64,000 nucleotides of DNA, taken from the NCBI GenBank assembly GCA_037142615.1, contig JBAXAI010000015.1, forward strand, positions 24,986-88,985, written 5' to 3'. The position numbers were made by a program, and so were the translations under genes. Below the pieces are notes generated by a model. The model was given only the letters and a program-made list of their open reading frames with translations, searched no databases and was not told the DNA's origin. Positions 49,589-63,870 of the stretch are shown in pieces. How positions within the stretch are numbered: position 1 is the first letter of the stretch; the number at the start of each line of letters is the position of its first letter. The stretch comes from Spirochaetales bacterium (GTDB lineage Bacteria; Spirochaetota; Spirochaetia; JABEVK01).

Positions 49589-50910
49589 CAGCCGATCTCC
49601 TTCAGAATGCTGTCGAGCACCTGGGTGCCAAAGCCGCCTTTGCGGAAGATCTGCGTATTGATGATCTTCTTTTGCCGTTCGATGTTGATGGGCACACCCT
49701 CAAGTTGAAACTCGCTGAGCACGGCCAGCATCTTGTTGATGCCCTCGGCGCGCGTGGGTGCCCCAATGATCACCTTGGCCACCATGGAGTCGTAGGTCGG
49801 GGGCACGGTGTAGCCGGTGTAAAGGAAGCTGTCGACCCGCACCTTGAAGCCGCTCGGCGCCAGGTATTCCTTGACGGTGCCGGGCGCGGTGGCGTTGATG
49901 CGGATTTCCATGGCGTAGCCGTCCATGCGGATGTCTTCCTGCTTCACCGACAGCGGCTCTCCGTCGGAAACCCGGATCATTTCTTTGATCAGGTCGATGC
50001 CGGTGAGCATTTCGGTGACCGGATGTTCCACCTGGATGCGGCTGTTGACTTCCATGAAGTAGTACTGACCGTCCTTGAACAGGAACTCGATGGTGCCCGC
50101 GCCGGAATAGCCGATGCCCTTGAACAGGCGCACGGCGTCTTCGCCCATCTTTTTGCGGATGGCGGGGGTCACCAGCGGGCTCGGGGCCTCTTCGACCAGC
50201 TTTTGATGCTTTTCCTGCACCGAGCAGTCGCGCTCGCCCAAGTAAACCACGTTGCCGTGTTTATCGCCCATCATCTGCAGTTCGACATGGCTGGCGTTCT
50301 CGAGGTACTTCTCGATGAACACGGTACCGTCGTTGAACGACTTCTCGGCCTCGTTGGAGGCGATTTTGATGTTGTCGGCCAACTCCTCGAGGTTGCGCAC
50401 GATGCGCATACCCTTGCCGCCGCCGCCAGCTGAGGCCTTGATGATGACGGGCAAGCCCATCTTTTTGACCTTTTCGACGGTCTCGGCGACGTTGGTGATG
50501 GCGCCCTCGATGCCTGGCGTGCAGGGCACACCGTACTTGGTGGCATTCTCTTTGGAGCGGATCTTGTCGCCGAGCATGTCGATAGCTTCGGGGTCAGGGC
50601 CAATCCAGATCAGGCCGGCCTTTTGAACCTCGCGGGCGAACTCGGCCTTTTCGGACAAGAAGCCGACACCGGGGTGGATGGCATCGGCGCGCGAAGCGAG
50701 GGCAGCCGAGATGATGTTGCTGATGTTCAGATAGCTGTCTTTGGAGGGAGGAGGCCCGATGCAGATCGCCTGATCGGCCATTTTGACATGCAACGCCTTG
50801 CGGTCCGCCTCGGAATAGACGGCAATGGTCCGGATACCGAGCTCTTTGCAGGCGCGGATGATGCGGACGGCAATCTCTCCCCGGTTAGCAACGAGAAGAG
50901 ATTTGATCAT
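49588..50910 (-). CDS. accC: Biotin carboxylase
   Basis: ANRGEIA, GGGGKGMR, RDCS, EVNSRIQVEH. Confidence 0.97.
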   Translation of the reverse strand: MIKSLLVANRGEIAVRIIRACKELGIRTIAVYSEADRKALHVKMADQAICIGPPPSKDSYLNISNIISAALASRADAIHPGVGFLSEKAEFAREVQKAGLIWIGPDPEAIDMLGDKIRSKENATKYGVPCTPGIEGAITNVAETVEKVKKMGLPVIIKASAGGGGKGMRIVRNLEELADNIKIASNEAEKSFNDGTVFIEKYLENASHVELQMMGDKHGNVVYLGERDCSVQEKHQKLVEEAPSPLVTPAIRKKMGEDAVRLFKGIGYSGAGTIEFLFKDGQYYFMEVNSRIQVEHPVTEMLTGIDLIKEMIRVSDGEPLSVKQEDIRMDGYAMEIRINATAPGTVKEYLAPSGFKVRVDSFLYTGYTVPPTYDSMVAKVIIGAPTRAEGINKMLAVLSEFQLEGVPINIERQKKIINTQIFRKGGFGTQVLDSILKEIG

Positions 50911-51362
50911 TTCTTGCGGACCTCGAACAACGGGGTACCGTATTCCACAAAATGCTGGCTGTCGACGAGAATGCGCAGAATCTCGCAGTCGAACTCGGCC
51001 ACCAGTTCGTTCATGACCTTCATGGCCTCGATGATGCAGAGCGTGTCGCCCTTCTTGACCATTTTGCCTTCTTCGACGAACGCAGGCGCATCCGGAGCGG
51101 GCGAGCGGTAGACGGTACCGACAATGGGACTGGTAATGGTTTCGGCGCCGACGACGGGAGCGGCAACCGGGGCAGCGGGCGCGCTGGAAACCGGGGCAAC
51201 GGGCATCGCAGGAGCGTGGGCCGGTGCCGAAGGCAGGGCAGCGTAGGTCACGTCGGCATGGCGTTTCAGGTGGAACTCAACGGAACCCTCTTTGTACTTG
51301 AACTCGGCCAGAGTGGTTTGGTTGAACTTCTCGAGCACAGCCAGGATGTCTTTCGTATCCAT
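50907..51362 (-). CDS. accB: Biotin carboxyl carrier protein
   Basis: SPIVGT, EAMKVMN. Confidence 0.97.
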   Translation of the reverse strand: MDTKDILAVLEKFNQTTLAEFKYKEGSVEFHLKRHADVTYAALPSAPAHAPAMPVAPVSSAPAAPVAAPVVGAETITSPIVGTVYRSPAPDAPAFVEEGKMVKKGDTLCIIEAMKVMNELVAEFDCEILRILVDSQHFVEYGTPLFEVRKK

Positions 51363-51532
51363 TTCTACTCCTCAGAAAATTCTAGGGGAACCTAACATGG
51401 ACGAAAAAGGGATGTCAATGAGCCCCTTTTCCGGGCTTCTCCTAGGATACCCCCACGGCCAATCTTGTCAAGGTTGAGCTGGAGGCATGAAAAACGTGGA
51501 CGAATCGGCGACCCCGCCCTAGAATGAACACC

Positions 51533-51961
51533 ATGAAATCGATGGAACACCTGATCCCGCACCGCAAGCCGTTTCTTTTTGTCGACGGTCTCGAAAATGT
51601 CACGCAGGAAGGCCATCAGGGGTGGCATACCTACACCCGCGAAGAGTTCTTTTTTGCCGGCCATTTCCCGGACTATCCCGTCGTTCCAGGCGTCATTCTG
51701 GTAGAAAGCATGGCGCAGGCCGGCGGCGCTGGTGTGAGGGAACTCGGGGTGCTCGGCGACGACGCGCTGTTTTTTCTGGCGACCATCGAAAAGGCGAAGT
51801 TCCGCCGTCAGGTCGTTCCAAACGACCTCGTCCGTTTTGAGATCGTGAACTTGAGATTAAGCCCGCGGATGATCCGCCAAAGCGGAAAAGCCTATGTTGG
51901 GCAAGAACTTGCATGTGAGGCGGAGTGGATGTGCATCGTCGGTCCAGCTCCTGCCAAATGA
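51533..51961 (+). CDS. fabZ: 3-hydroxyacyl-ACP dehydratase
   Basis: PHRKPFLFVD, GHFP...PGVILVESMAQ. Confidence 0.95.
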   Translation: MKSMEHLIPHRKPFLFVDGLENVTQEGHQGWHTYTREEFFFAGHFPDYPVVPGVILVESMAQAGGAGVRELGVLGDDALFFLATIEKAKFRRQVVPNDLVRFEIVNLRLSPRMIRQSGKAYVGQELACEAEWMCIVGPAPAK

Positions 51962-51968
51962 GGTCAAT

Positions 51969-55903
<3,935 letters not shown>

Positions 55904-55927
55904 CTAGCCCCAGCGGTTTGCTTTGCG

Positions 55928-56707
55928 CTACTGCGCCGACACGCTCAGCAGATCAACTCCACCCGAAGCCGGCGGATCCGCCGAAGCCAGCCAGCGGTCG
56001 TGCGCACTGAAGGGATCAACGGAGTGGTACACGGGGCGGAACTCGAGGTCGGCCAAGGCACCTTCCCTCACTTCTTTTGGTGCCAGCTGCAGCCTGAGGG
56101 GCCCCTGTTTCCACTCCTGGCCAACAGTATTGACGAAGTGAACCAGGTAGACCACGGTCAGTCGCTTGGTGCCCAGGTTGGCCATACGGAGTTCGGCCAC
56201 GGGCAGGCCTGAGCTTTCCACTGACCGCCACGAAACGCGCAACTGTTCGGTTTCTTGGTCGACCAGCCAGCCCGCGCCCGACGAGGCCCCGGCGCTTGCT
56301 CCCGCAACAACGGTGACCACCAGCGTGTCGTAACCCCCAAAAACGGGAGCCGCGTGGAACCAGGAGGGCAGTTCGTGCGAACGCAACTGTTCGCCCGCCT
56401 TGGTTTCGCCGGGGGCCAGTCGAAACGAGAGTCCGCCATCGACCCAACGGCGCCCGGTGGTATCGACGAAGAAGGGCTTGAGCGACACCTGGATTTCCCG
56501 GTCTCGGCTGTTCGTCGCCTTGAACTCAGCCTTGAAGGCGCCATTTTCGAGTTTGTCCCAGCGCCACGACACGGCTACCCCGTCCTGAGCCTTGCACGGC
56601 ATCCAAGCGCTTGGCTCGGCCAACACCGGTGCCGGCAGCCCGAGTGCAGCCAGCAAGGCCAGCGCCGCAACCGCCAGGCCCAAGGTCCCAACCCTTGTTG
56701 TTCCCAT
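55928..56707 (-). CDS. Secreted protein with two internally duplicated beta-rich domains
   Basis: Signal peptide; VSWR...F(V)D/NTxG..W..G.L...LAP.E...G occurs twice. Confidence 0.7.
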   Translation of the reverse strand: MGTTRVGTLGLAVAALALLAALGLPAPVLAEPSAWMPCKAQDGVAVSWRWDKLENGAFKAEFKATNSRDREIQVSLKPFFVDTTGRRWVDGGLSFRLAPGETKAGEQLRSHELPSWFHAAPVFGGYDTLVVTVVAGASAGASSGAGWLVDQETEQLRVSWRSVESSGLPVAELRMANLGTKRLTVVYLVHFVNTVGQEWKQGPLRLQLAPKEVREGALADLEFRPVYHSVDPFSAHDRWLASADPPASGGVDLLSVSAQ

Positions 56708-56718
56708 CGCACTCCCCC

Positions 56719-58104
56719 TCACCTCGTCACCTCTTTCATCCAGCGCCCCGTGTGCATTCGCCAGAGGGCCAGAAACGACTTCAGAGGTTCTTCCAAGCTG
56801 ATCAAAAAATACACCACAAGGAAGGGCCAGTGAAGCACGAAGGCCATCAACCACCCCACAGGAAGAGCCCACAACCAGATGCCGGACTGGTCCATCCACA
56901 GGCTGAAATTGGTGTCGCCACCCCCGCGCAGCACTCCGACAATCATGTCGTGATAGAACGCACGCCCCGGCAGCAGCACGCAAACGACCCAGAGCAACTG
57001 CGTCGACAGAGTGCGGGCCTCGGGAGTCAGGTGAAACAAGTGCGGGACAAACGGAGCCGCAAGAGCCAGGGGAACCGCGACCATGGCACCCATCAGCGGA
57101 GCGAAGAGGGCGACGTTCTTGCCCAGTCGTTGGGCCTCGGTGAGGTCGCCCCGGCCGATTGCCTGCCCGATGATCACCGCCGCAGCATTGCCGGTACCAA
57201 AAAAGACGATGAACACCAACTGGCCGAAGATATCGACCACCGAAACGGCCGCCAGTTCGGTGCTGCCCATCCAGCCGTAGATGGCCTTGATGGCGCTGAT
57301 ACCCAGCGACCAGAGCACCTCGTTGATGACGACCGGCAGGGCCACCTTCAGATAGCGGAACAAGAACACACGGTCGAAGGAGAACAGCCGCGCCCAGCCG
57401 GCGTTGGGCCTTTTCCGCAGCTGGGTACTGAGCACAATGCCACCAGTTTCCACCAGCTTGGCCAGAACGAGAGCCAGACCCGCCCCCTGAGTCCCCAGCG
57501 CCGGCACCGTGATGCCCGGGAGGGGAGACCAACCGAAGATCAGCACAACGGCCGCCAGCAACTGCACGGCCAGACCCACCAAGGCCCACTGCAGCGGCGT
57601 GCGGGTATCGCCCACCGACCGCAGCACCAGCGAGTAGCTCATGCCAACGGCGGTGAGCGGAAAGCTCCACGCGGAGGCGCTCAAAAAGCGGGCTCCCTCG
57701 GTGATAACGGCGCGGTCAGGAGTGAAAAGGCCCAAAAGACGCTCGGGCCAGTAGGCGGCAACCAGTCCCACGGCCAAACCGGCGGCCAAGCTGAGCACGA
57801 GCCCCACGCCCTGGGTTCGGGCTACACCGGAAGCATCGCTGCGGCCCCAGAACTGACTGGTGAAGATCGCCGCGCCCGAACCGATGCCAAAACTGGCCAG
57901 AATCATCACAAACTGCACCTGCCCAGCCAGAGAAACCCCGGCCATGGCCGAATTGCCCAACTGCCCCACCAGCAACCCCGAGCCCAGCGAGGTGAGCGAA
58001 CTGACCAGATTTTGCAGGGCAATGGGGATGGCAATGGGCAGAAACAGGTGGAAGAACCGGCGGTCGGCAAGCAAGGTGCGGTAGGCGCGAAGCGGAGAAA
58101 GCAT
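56719..58104 (-). CDS. MATE efflux transporter
   Basis: PIALQN, SQFWG, LRSVGDT, LRGGGDT; ~12 TM segments. Confidence 0.93.
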   Translation of the reverse strand: MLSPLRAYRTLLADRRFFHLFLPIAIPIALQNLVSSLTSLGSGLLVGQLGNSAMAGVSLAGQVQFVMILASFGIGSGAAIFTSQFWGRSDASGVARTQGVGLVLSLAAGLAVGLVAAYWPERLLGLFTPDRAVITEGARFLSASAWSFPLTAVGMSYSLVLRSVGDTRTPLQWALVGLAVQLLAAVVLIFGWSPLPGITVPALGTQGAGLALVLAKLVETGGIVLSTQLRKRPNAGWARLFSFDRVFLFRYLKVALPVVINEVLWSLGISAIKAIYGWMGSTELAAVSVVDIFGQLVFIVFFGTGNAAAVIIGQAIGRGDLTEAQRLGKNVALFAPLMGAMVAVPLALAAPFVPHLFHLTPEARTLSTQLLWVVCVLLPGRAFYHDMIVGVLRGGGDTNFSLWMDQSGIWLWALPVGWLMAFVLHWPFLVVYFLISLEEPLKSFLALWRMHTGRWMKEVTR

Positions 58105-58203
58105 CGGACTATACTAACACAGGCGTAAAATTCCGTTCATCTCGCTCATCTTGATTGACACGCTCAGGCTTTCATTTTCATATTGGAGTTTCAAGGAGTT
58201 CAC

Positions 58204-59742
58204 ATGAAGAAGATTGCTGCGATTTTGCTCGCTGCGTTGCTGCCTCTGGCCGCCTTCGCTGCGCCTACGACCTTGGTGTACGGTACCACAGAAAAGCTGA
58301 CCGACCTCGATACCGGTAGCTCGTGGGACTTTCATACCTGGGAGTTCTTTCAGAACATCTCGGAAGGCCTGCTGACCTACAAGCCCGGCACCACCGAGTT
58401 GGTTCCGGGTCTGGCCGAGAAGTACACTTCCAATGCCAAGGGCGACGAGTACACCTTCACGCTGCGCAAGGGCCTGAAGTTCTCGAACGGCGACGTGCTC
58501 GATGCAAGCGTCATCAAGTGGTCGGTCGACCGCGTGGTGGCCCTCAAGGGTGACCCCGAGTCGCTGATCTCGAGCTACGTGTCGGAAGTGATTGTCAAGG
58601 ATCCACTGACCGTCGTGTTCAAGCTCAAGCTCCCGGCCGCGTACTTCCCGTCGCTGGTCGCCACCCCCCCGTACTTCCCCACCGATCCCAAGGTCTACCC
58701 GGCTGGCAAGCTGATCCATGACCCGGCCGAACTGGTTGGCGGAGCCTACGTGGGCGTCGGCGCCTACAAACTGGCCAGCTACAAGCGTGACCAGGAAGCC
58801 GTGTTTGAAGCCAACCCCAGCTTCCATGGCGACAAGGCCAAGGTGGACCGCGTGATCATCCGCTACTTTGCCGATGCGACCACGTTGCGCCTGGCTCTCG
58901 ACAAGGGCGAAATTGACCTGGCTTACAAGACCCTCAACCCGTCCGACATCGTCGATGAGCAGAAGAATGCCAAGGTGAACACCGTCAAGCTCGACGGCGC
59001 TTTCATCCGCTACATCGCCTTCGAAGCTAGCGAGAGCGTGTTCAAGGACAAAAACCTCCGCACGGCTGTGGCCTACCTGGTCAACCGCCCCGAGATCATT
59101 CAGAAGGTCTACCTCGGCCAGAACAAGCCCCTGTACTCGATGATCCCCAACGGCATGTGGGGCCAGGACACCGCCCCCTACAAGGCTCTCGGCGATGCCA
59201 ACGTGGCCAAGGCCGACGCGCTGCTCAAGGCCGCTGGCTTCTCTGCCGCCAAGCCCTTCACCTTTGACCTGTGGTACACCACCAGCCACTACGGCGACAC
59301 CGAAGTGAACCAGGCCGAAGTGCTCAAGGCGCAACTCGAGAAGTCGACCCTCATCAAGGTCACCCTCAAGAGCGCCGAGTGGGCCACCTACAAGTCGCAG
59401 TGGAAGAACAAGCAAATGCCTGTCTACCTGCTCGGCTGGTACCCCGACTACATCGATCCGGACGACTACACTGCCGTGTTCGCCCGCACCGAAGACTCGG
59501 TCGGCATGGGCATCAACTTCAGCAGCAAGGAAATGGACGCTCTGTTTGCCAAGGAAGGCGCCAGCACCGACGCCAAGGTCCGCACCGCCGCGTTCAAGGA
59601 TATCCAGGCTCTGTGGGCCAAGGAGAACCCCACCGTTCCGTTGTGGCAGGGCGACCTGTTCGTCTTTACCCAGAAGAACGTGGGCGGCGTGAAGATCGGC
59701 CCGACGCTGATCTTCAACTACAACCAACTGACGATCAACTAA
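58204..59742 (+). CDS. ABC transporter family-5 substrate-binding protein
   Basis: PGLAEKY, FTLRKGLKFSNG, GVGAYKL. Confidence 0.94.
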   Translation: MKKIAAILLAALLPLAAFAAPTTLVYGTTEKLTDLDTGSSWDFHTWEFFQNISEGLLTYKPGTTELVPGLAEKYTSNAKGDEYTFTLRKGLKFSNGDVLDASVIKWSVDRVVALKGDPESLISSYVSEVIVKDPLTVVFKLKLPAAYFPSLVATPPYFPTDPKVYPAGKLIHDPAELVGGAYVGVGAYKLASYKRDQEAVFEANPSFHGDKAKVDRVIIRYFADATTLRLALDKGEIDLAYKTLNPSDIVDEQKNAKVNTVKLDGAFIRYIAFEASESVFKDKNLRTAVAYLVNRPEIIQKVYLGQNKPLYSMIPNGMWGQDTAPYKALGDANVAKADALLKAAGFSAAKPFTFDLWYTTSHYGDTEVNQAEVLKAQLEKSTLIKVTLKSAEWATYKSQWKNKQMPVYLLGWYPDYIDPDDYTAVFARTEDSVGMGINFSSKEMDALFAKEGASTDAKVRTAAFKDIQALWAKENPTVPLWQGDLFVFTQKNVGGVKIGPTLIFNYNQLTIN

Positions 59743-59778
59743 CGCCTTTCCGAAGCTTCGCGTTTCTGGTATAAAGTG

Positions 59779-59811
59779 AGGAGGAACACAATCGTGTTCC
59801 TCCTTTTTTTT
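59779..59811 (+). terminator. Intra-operon terminator/stabilising hairpin
   Basis: aggaggaacac-aatc-gtgttcctcct plus T-run. Confidence 0.75.
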
Positions 59812-59826
59812 GCCTTGGGGACCACC

Positions 59827-60843
59827 ATGAAAAACCTGATGCGCTACCTCGGGGTGCGCCTGCTGATGACAATCCCGATGCTCCTGATTCTGCTCACCGT
59901 CGTGTTCATTGTGATGCGGGTTATTCCGGGTGACCCGATCTCGGCAATGCTCGGTGACCACGCACCGGTCAAGTTCGTCGCCGAAAAGAAGCACGAACTG
60001 GGCCTCGACAAACCCATCTGGGAGCAGTACTTCGATTATCTGGGCCAGTTGGCGCGGTTTGACCTGGGCAACTCGATGATTTTGCAGGAAAAAGTAACCG
60101 CGCCCATCCTGGAAAAACTGCCGGCCACCATTGAGCTCACGTTCACCGGTCTTTTGGTGGCGCTGGGTATTGGCATCCCGGTGGGCGCGTGGGCTGCCAA
60201 GAACCGCCGCAGCGTGGGCGACTTCACGGCCCGTTTGTATGGCAACATTGTCTACTGCATTCCGGTGTTCTGGATGGGTCTGATCCTGCAGATGGTTTTT
60301 GGCGTGGCGCTCGACTGGCTGCCCATCGCAGGGCGGGTCGGCTCCCGGGTGATGTCGAGCGACTTTGAGCAGACCGGCTTTTACCTGGTTGACACCCTGC
60401 TCGTGGGCGACCCAAAAGCTTTTGGCGACGTGGTGGTTCACCTCATCCTGCCGGCGCTGACCCTGGGCGTTACCCTGTCGGGTATCTTCTTGCGGCTGAC
60501 ACGGGCCAACATGCTCGACACCCTCAAGAGCGACTTTGTGCTGGCGGGTCGTGCTCGAGGGCTTCCCGAGGGCAAGGTGGTGTACGGCCACGCGCTGGGC
60601 AACGCGTTTGTGCCCGTGCTCACCATGCTGGGCCTGCAGTTTGCCGTGCTCCTTTCGGGCGCCATCCTGACCGAAACCACCTTCAGCTGGCCGGGCATGG
60701 GAAGGTTGCTGCTGGAGCGCATTTACCTGCGCGACTACCCCACCGTTCAGGGCATTATCGTTATCTTCGCGCTGTTTGTTTCACTCATCTCGCTGCTGGT
60801 CGACATCATCCACGCGCTCATCGACCCGAGGGTAAAATATTGA
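59827..60843 (+). CDS. Opp/Dpp ABC permease (B subunit)
   Basis: PGDP, LPATIEL, ARGL, ETTFSWPGMG, DPRVKY. Confidence 0.95.
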   Translation: MKNLMRYLGVRLLMTIPMLLILLTVVFIVMRVIPGDPISAMLGDHAPVKFVAEKKHELGLDKPIWEQYFDYLGQLARFDLGNSMILQEKVTAPILEKLPATIELTFTGLLVALGIGIPVGAWAAKNRRSVGDFTARLYGNIVYCIPVFWMGLILQMVFGVALDWLPIAGRVGSRVMSSDFEQTGFYLVDTLLVGDPKAFGDVVVHLILPALTLGVTLSGIFLRLTRANMLDTLKSDFVLAGRARGLPEGKVVYGHALGNAFVPVLTMLGLQFAVLLSGAILTETTFSWPGMGRLLLERIYLRDYPTVQGIIVIFALFVSLISLLVDIIHALIDPRVKY

Positions 60844-60984
60844 GATTTCTCGCCAAGTCTACTGCGGAGGGTTCTGCCTTCGCCCCTTCGTCCATCTTAT
60901 CCTCACGTACTTCCAGTACGCTCCGGTCCTCCGTTCCTCAGGGTCTCGCCAGAACCCTTCCTCGCGACGCCCTGGCGAAAAATC
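60844..60984. repeat. ERIC-like palindromic intergenic element (copy 2)
   Basis: Terminal IR gatttctcgcca/tggcgaaaaatc (11/12); core cctcacgtacttccagtacgctccgg shared with 53-78. Confidence 0.7.
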
Positions 60985-60997
60985 CGGAGTACCGGCC

Positions 60998-61888
60998 ATG
61001 AAAATGCCCCTAACTCCTGCTGGGCTGCTGAGCCGTGGGTTGTATTCGTTCAGCCAGGCCGGAAAGAAATACGGTGCGGAGTGGTACATTCTGCTCGTCG
61101 GACTGTTCATCGTCGGCTTCATGATCTTCATGACTCTGTTCCCTTGGCTGTTCACCAGTTTTGACCCTTCGGACCAGAACGCAGGACCACAATTGGCGGC
61201 TCCTGGCGGTACCCACCTCATGGGCACCGACAACCTGGGCCGCGACATCTGGGCCCGCATGGTGTGGGGAGCGCAGACTATTCTGGGGGTGGCCTTTGCC
61301 GCCGCGCTCATCTCGAGTTTCATCGGCATCCCGCTGGGCCTGCTGTCGGGTTTTGTCGGCGGACCGCTGGACCGGGTGCTCTCGCTGACCATGGACTCGA
61401 TCTACAGCTTCCCGGGTCTCATCCTCGCCATCGCGTTCGCCGCCATGATGGGGCCGGGTGTTGTCAACATTACTCTCGCTGTGGCCGTGATTTATATTCC
61501 TACCTACTACCGCTTGGTGCGGGGTCAGACGATCAGCATCCGAGAGGAACTCTACGTCGAGGCGGCCCAGGTGCTGGGCGCCAAGCGCTGGACCATCCTC
61601 GGCCGCTACATTTTTCCCAACGTGATCGCGACCACGGTGGTGGTGTTCAGCGTCAACATCGCCGACGCCATCATGACCGAGGCTGCGCTCAGCTACATCG
61701 GCCTGGGCCTCCCTGCCGGAATGCCCGACTGGGGCATGGACCTGTCGATGGGCAAGAAGTTCCTGCCGTCGGGAAGCTGGTGGCTGATCACCTTCCCGGG
61801 CGCCATGATCATGACGCTGGCCCTCGGCTTCACCTTCCTGGGCGAAGGGCTGGCCGAAATCCTCAACCCCAAGCTGCTGGAAAAGTAA
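60998..61888 (+). CDS. Opp/Dpp ABC permease (C subunit)
   Basis: HLMGTDNLGRD, YVEAA, EAALSYIGLG. Confidence 0.95.
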   Translation: MKMPLTPAGLLSRGLYSFSQAGKKYGAEWYILLVGLFIVGFMIFMTLFPWLFTSFDPSDQNAGPQLAAPGGTHLMGTDNLGRDIWARMVWGAQTILGVAFAAALISSFIGIPLGLLSGFVGGPLDRVLSLTMDSIYSFPGLILAIAFAAMMGPGVVNITLAVAVIYIPTYYRLVRGQTISIREELYVEAAQVLGAKRWTILGRYIFPNVIATTVVVFSVNIADAIMTEAALSYIGLGLPAGMPDWGMDLSMGKKFLPSGSWWLITFPGAMIMTLALGFTFLGEGLAEILNPKLLEK

Positions 61889-61889
61889 G

Positions 61890-62873
61890 ATGAGCGATCC
61901 CCTGGCGAACAACGTGCTGCTGAAGATCGAAGACCTTTGCATTGACTACCCGATCGCGCTCGGGACTGTGCGCGCTGTCCGCGGAGTAAGCGTGGAAGTG
62001 CACGCCGGCGAGACCCTGGGCATCGTCGGCGAGTCGGGCTCCGGAAAGTCCACGCTGGGTCTCGCCATCCTGCGCCTGGTGCGGGCTCCCGGCAGAATCA
62101 CAGCCGGGCGAGTCCTCTTTAATGGCAAAGACCTTGCCAGCCTGCCCGAAGACCAGATGCGACAGGTGCGTGGCAAGGACATCGCCATGGTGTTCCAGAA
62201 CCCGCTGACCAGCCTCAACCCCCTGATGCGCATCGACAAGCACTTCCTCGAGGCGCTGAAAACCCACAAGCCAGAACTGAAAAAGCCCGCCGCGCTGAAG
62301 CTCATCCGCGAGATCCTGACCGATCTGGGCATCGAAGAAAGTCGCATGGGCGCCTACCCCCACCAGCTTTCCGGAGGGATGCGCCAGCGCATCATGATCG
62401 GGCTCGGTCTGATACTGCGGCCCAAACTGGTGATCTGCGACGAGCCGACGACCGCGCTCGATGTCATTGTCGAGGCTGGCTTCATTGACCTCCTGAAGCG
62501 CTTGCAAAAGGAGTTTGCGCTCACCATCGTGGTGATCACCCACAACCTGGGGCTGGTAGCGGAATTGGCCGACCGCATCGCGGTGATGTACGCCGGGCAA
62601 ATTGTCGAAAATGCGCCCGCCGCCGCCGTGTTCCACGAACCGCTTCACCCCTACACCCAGGGACTGATCGCCTGTGTACCCAACATCGACCTCGACCAAG
62701 AGAAACTCACCACCATGGAAGGCAGTCCACCCGGGTTGGTCAATCCACCGCCGGGTTGCGCGTTTGCCCCCCGTTGCCCGCTGGTCATGGGCCGATGCCG
62801 CAACCAGGAGCCCCCGCTGGCCGAGCACCGGCCGGGACATTTTGCCGCCTGCTGGAGGATTGGCCATGAGTGA
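61890..62873 (+). CDS. Opp/Dpp ABC ATPase (D subunit)
   Basis: GESGSGKS, LSGGMRQR, HPYTQGL, C-terminal Cys cluster. Confidence 0.96.
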   Translation: MSDPLANNVLLKIEDLCIDYPIALGTVRAVRGVSVEVHAGETLGIVGESGSGKSTLGLAILRLVRAPGRITAGRVLFNGKDLASLPEDQMRQVRGKDIAMVFQNPLTSLNPLMRIDKHFLEALKTHKPELKKPAALKLIREILTDLGIEESRMGAYPHQLSGGMRQRIMIGLGLILRPKLVICDEPTTALDVIVEAGFIDLLKRLQKEFALTIVVITHNLGLVAELADRIAVMYAGQIVENAPAAAVFHEPLHPYTQGLIACVPNIDLDQEKLTTMEGSPPGLVNPPPGCAFAPRCPLVMGRCRNQEPPLAEHRPGHFAACWRIGHE

Positions 62874-63864
62874 ACCGACCAAAGCTCCCCTGCTGCTGGA
62901 AGCAACTGACCTTGTGAAGGAGTTTCCCGTCCGCCGAAACCCCTTCGACCGTGCCCTTTCGGCCCGGAATCTCAAGGTTCACGCCGTCGACGGGGTGTCG
63001 TTCTCGCTCCGCAAAGGCGAGGTGCTTGGGTTGGCCGGCGAATCGGGCTCCGGCAAGTCGACCACGGGACGCCTGGCCTTGCGGCTCATGGACCCGACCT
63101 CGGGTTCCGTGAAGTTCGAAGGCACCGACTTGACCGCGCTGACGGCCGAACAACTGCGGACTCTGCGGCCGCGCATGCAAATGGTGTTTCAGGACCCGCT
63201 GAGTTCGCTTTCACCGCGGATGAGCATCGGGGCCGCGATCCGGCATGGCTTGGACATCCACAATCTGGGAAAGGCCGAAGAGCGCGACGACACCGTGCGG
63301 AGCCTGATGGAAGACGTAGGCCTTACTCCCGCCGACTTTTTGTTTAAGAAGTACCCGCATCAGATCAGCGGGGGTCAGGCCCAGCGGGTGGTTATCGCGC
63401 GGGCGCTGGCTCTGAAACCCGACTTCATCGTGGCCGACGAACCCATTGCCATGGCCGACGTGTCGGTTCGGGCCCTCATCATGGAGCTCCTCAAGAAACT
63501 CAAGGAAGAGCACGATCTGACCTATTTGTTTATCACACATGACTTAGCAACAGCCAAGTACCTCTGCGACCGTGTGGCAGTGATGTACCTCGGGCGGATT
63601 GTCGAGATGGGCCCCAAGGAAGAGATCTTCCGACATCCGCACCACCCCTACACCAAGGCCCTTCTCAACGCCGTGCCCATCCCCGACCCCAACCGCCGCC
63701 GCTTGCACGAATTACCCCGCGGCGAAATCCCGTCAGCCGTGTTCCCCCCGTCAGGCTGCCACTTTCACCCCCGCTGCCCGCTGGCGACACCGAAGTGCCA
63801 AGAAGCCCGCCCGCCCATGCGCGACCTAGGAAACGGCCACCAAAGCGCCTGCATCCTGGACTAA
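62866..63864 (+). CDS. Opp/Dpp ABC ATPase (F subunit)
   Basis: GESGSGKST, ISGGQAQR, HPYTKAL. Confidence 0.96.
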   Translation: MSEPTKAPLLLEATDLVKEFPVRRNPFDRALSARNLKVHAVDGVSFSLRKGEVLGLAGESGSGKSTTGRLALRLMDPTSGSVKFEGTDLTALTAEQLRTLRPRMQMVFQDPLSSLSPRMSIGAAIRHGLDIHNLGKAEERDDTVRSLMEDVGLTPADFLFKKYPHQISGGQAQRVVIARALALKPDFIVADEPIAMADVSVRALIMELLKKLKEEHDLTYLFITHDLATAKYLCDRVAVMYLGRIVEMGPKEEIFRHPHHPYTKALLNAVPIPDPNRRRLHELPRGEIPSAVFPPSGCHFHPRCPLATPKCQEARPPMRDLGNGHQSACILD

Positions 63865-63870
63865 TTGCAA

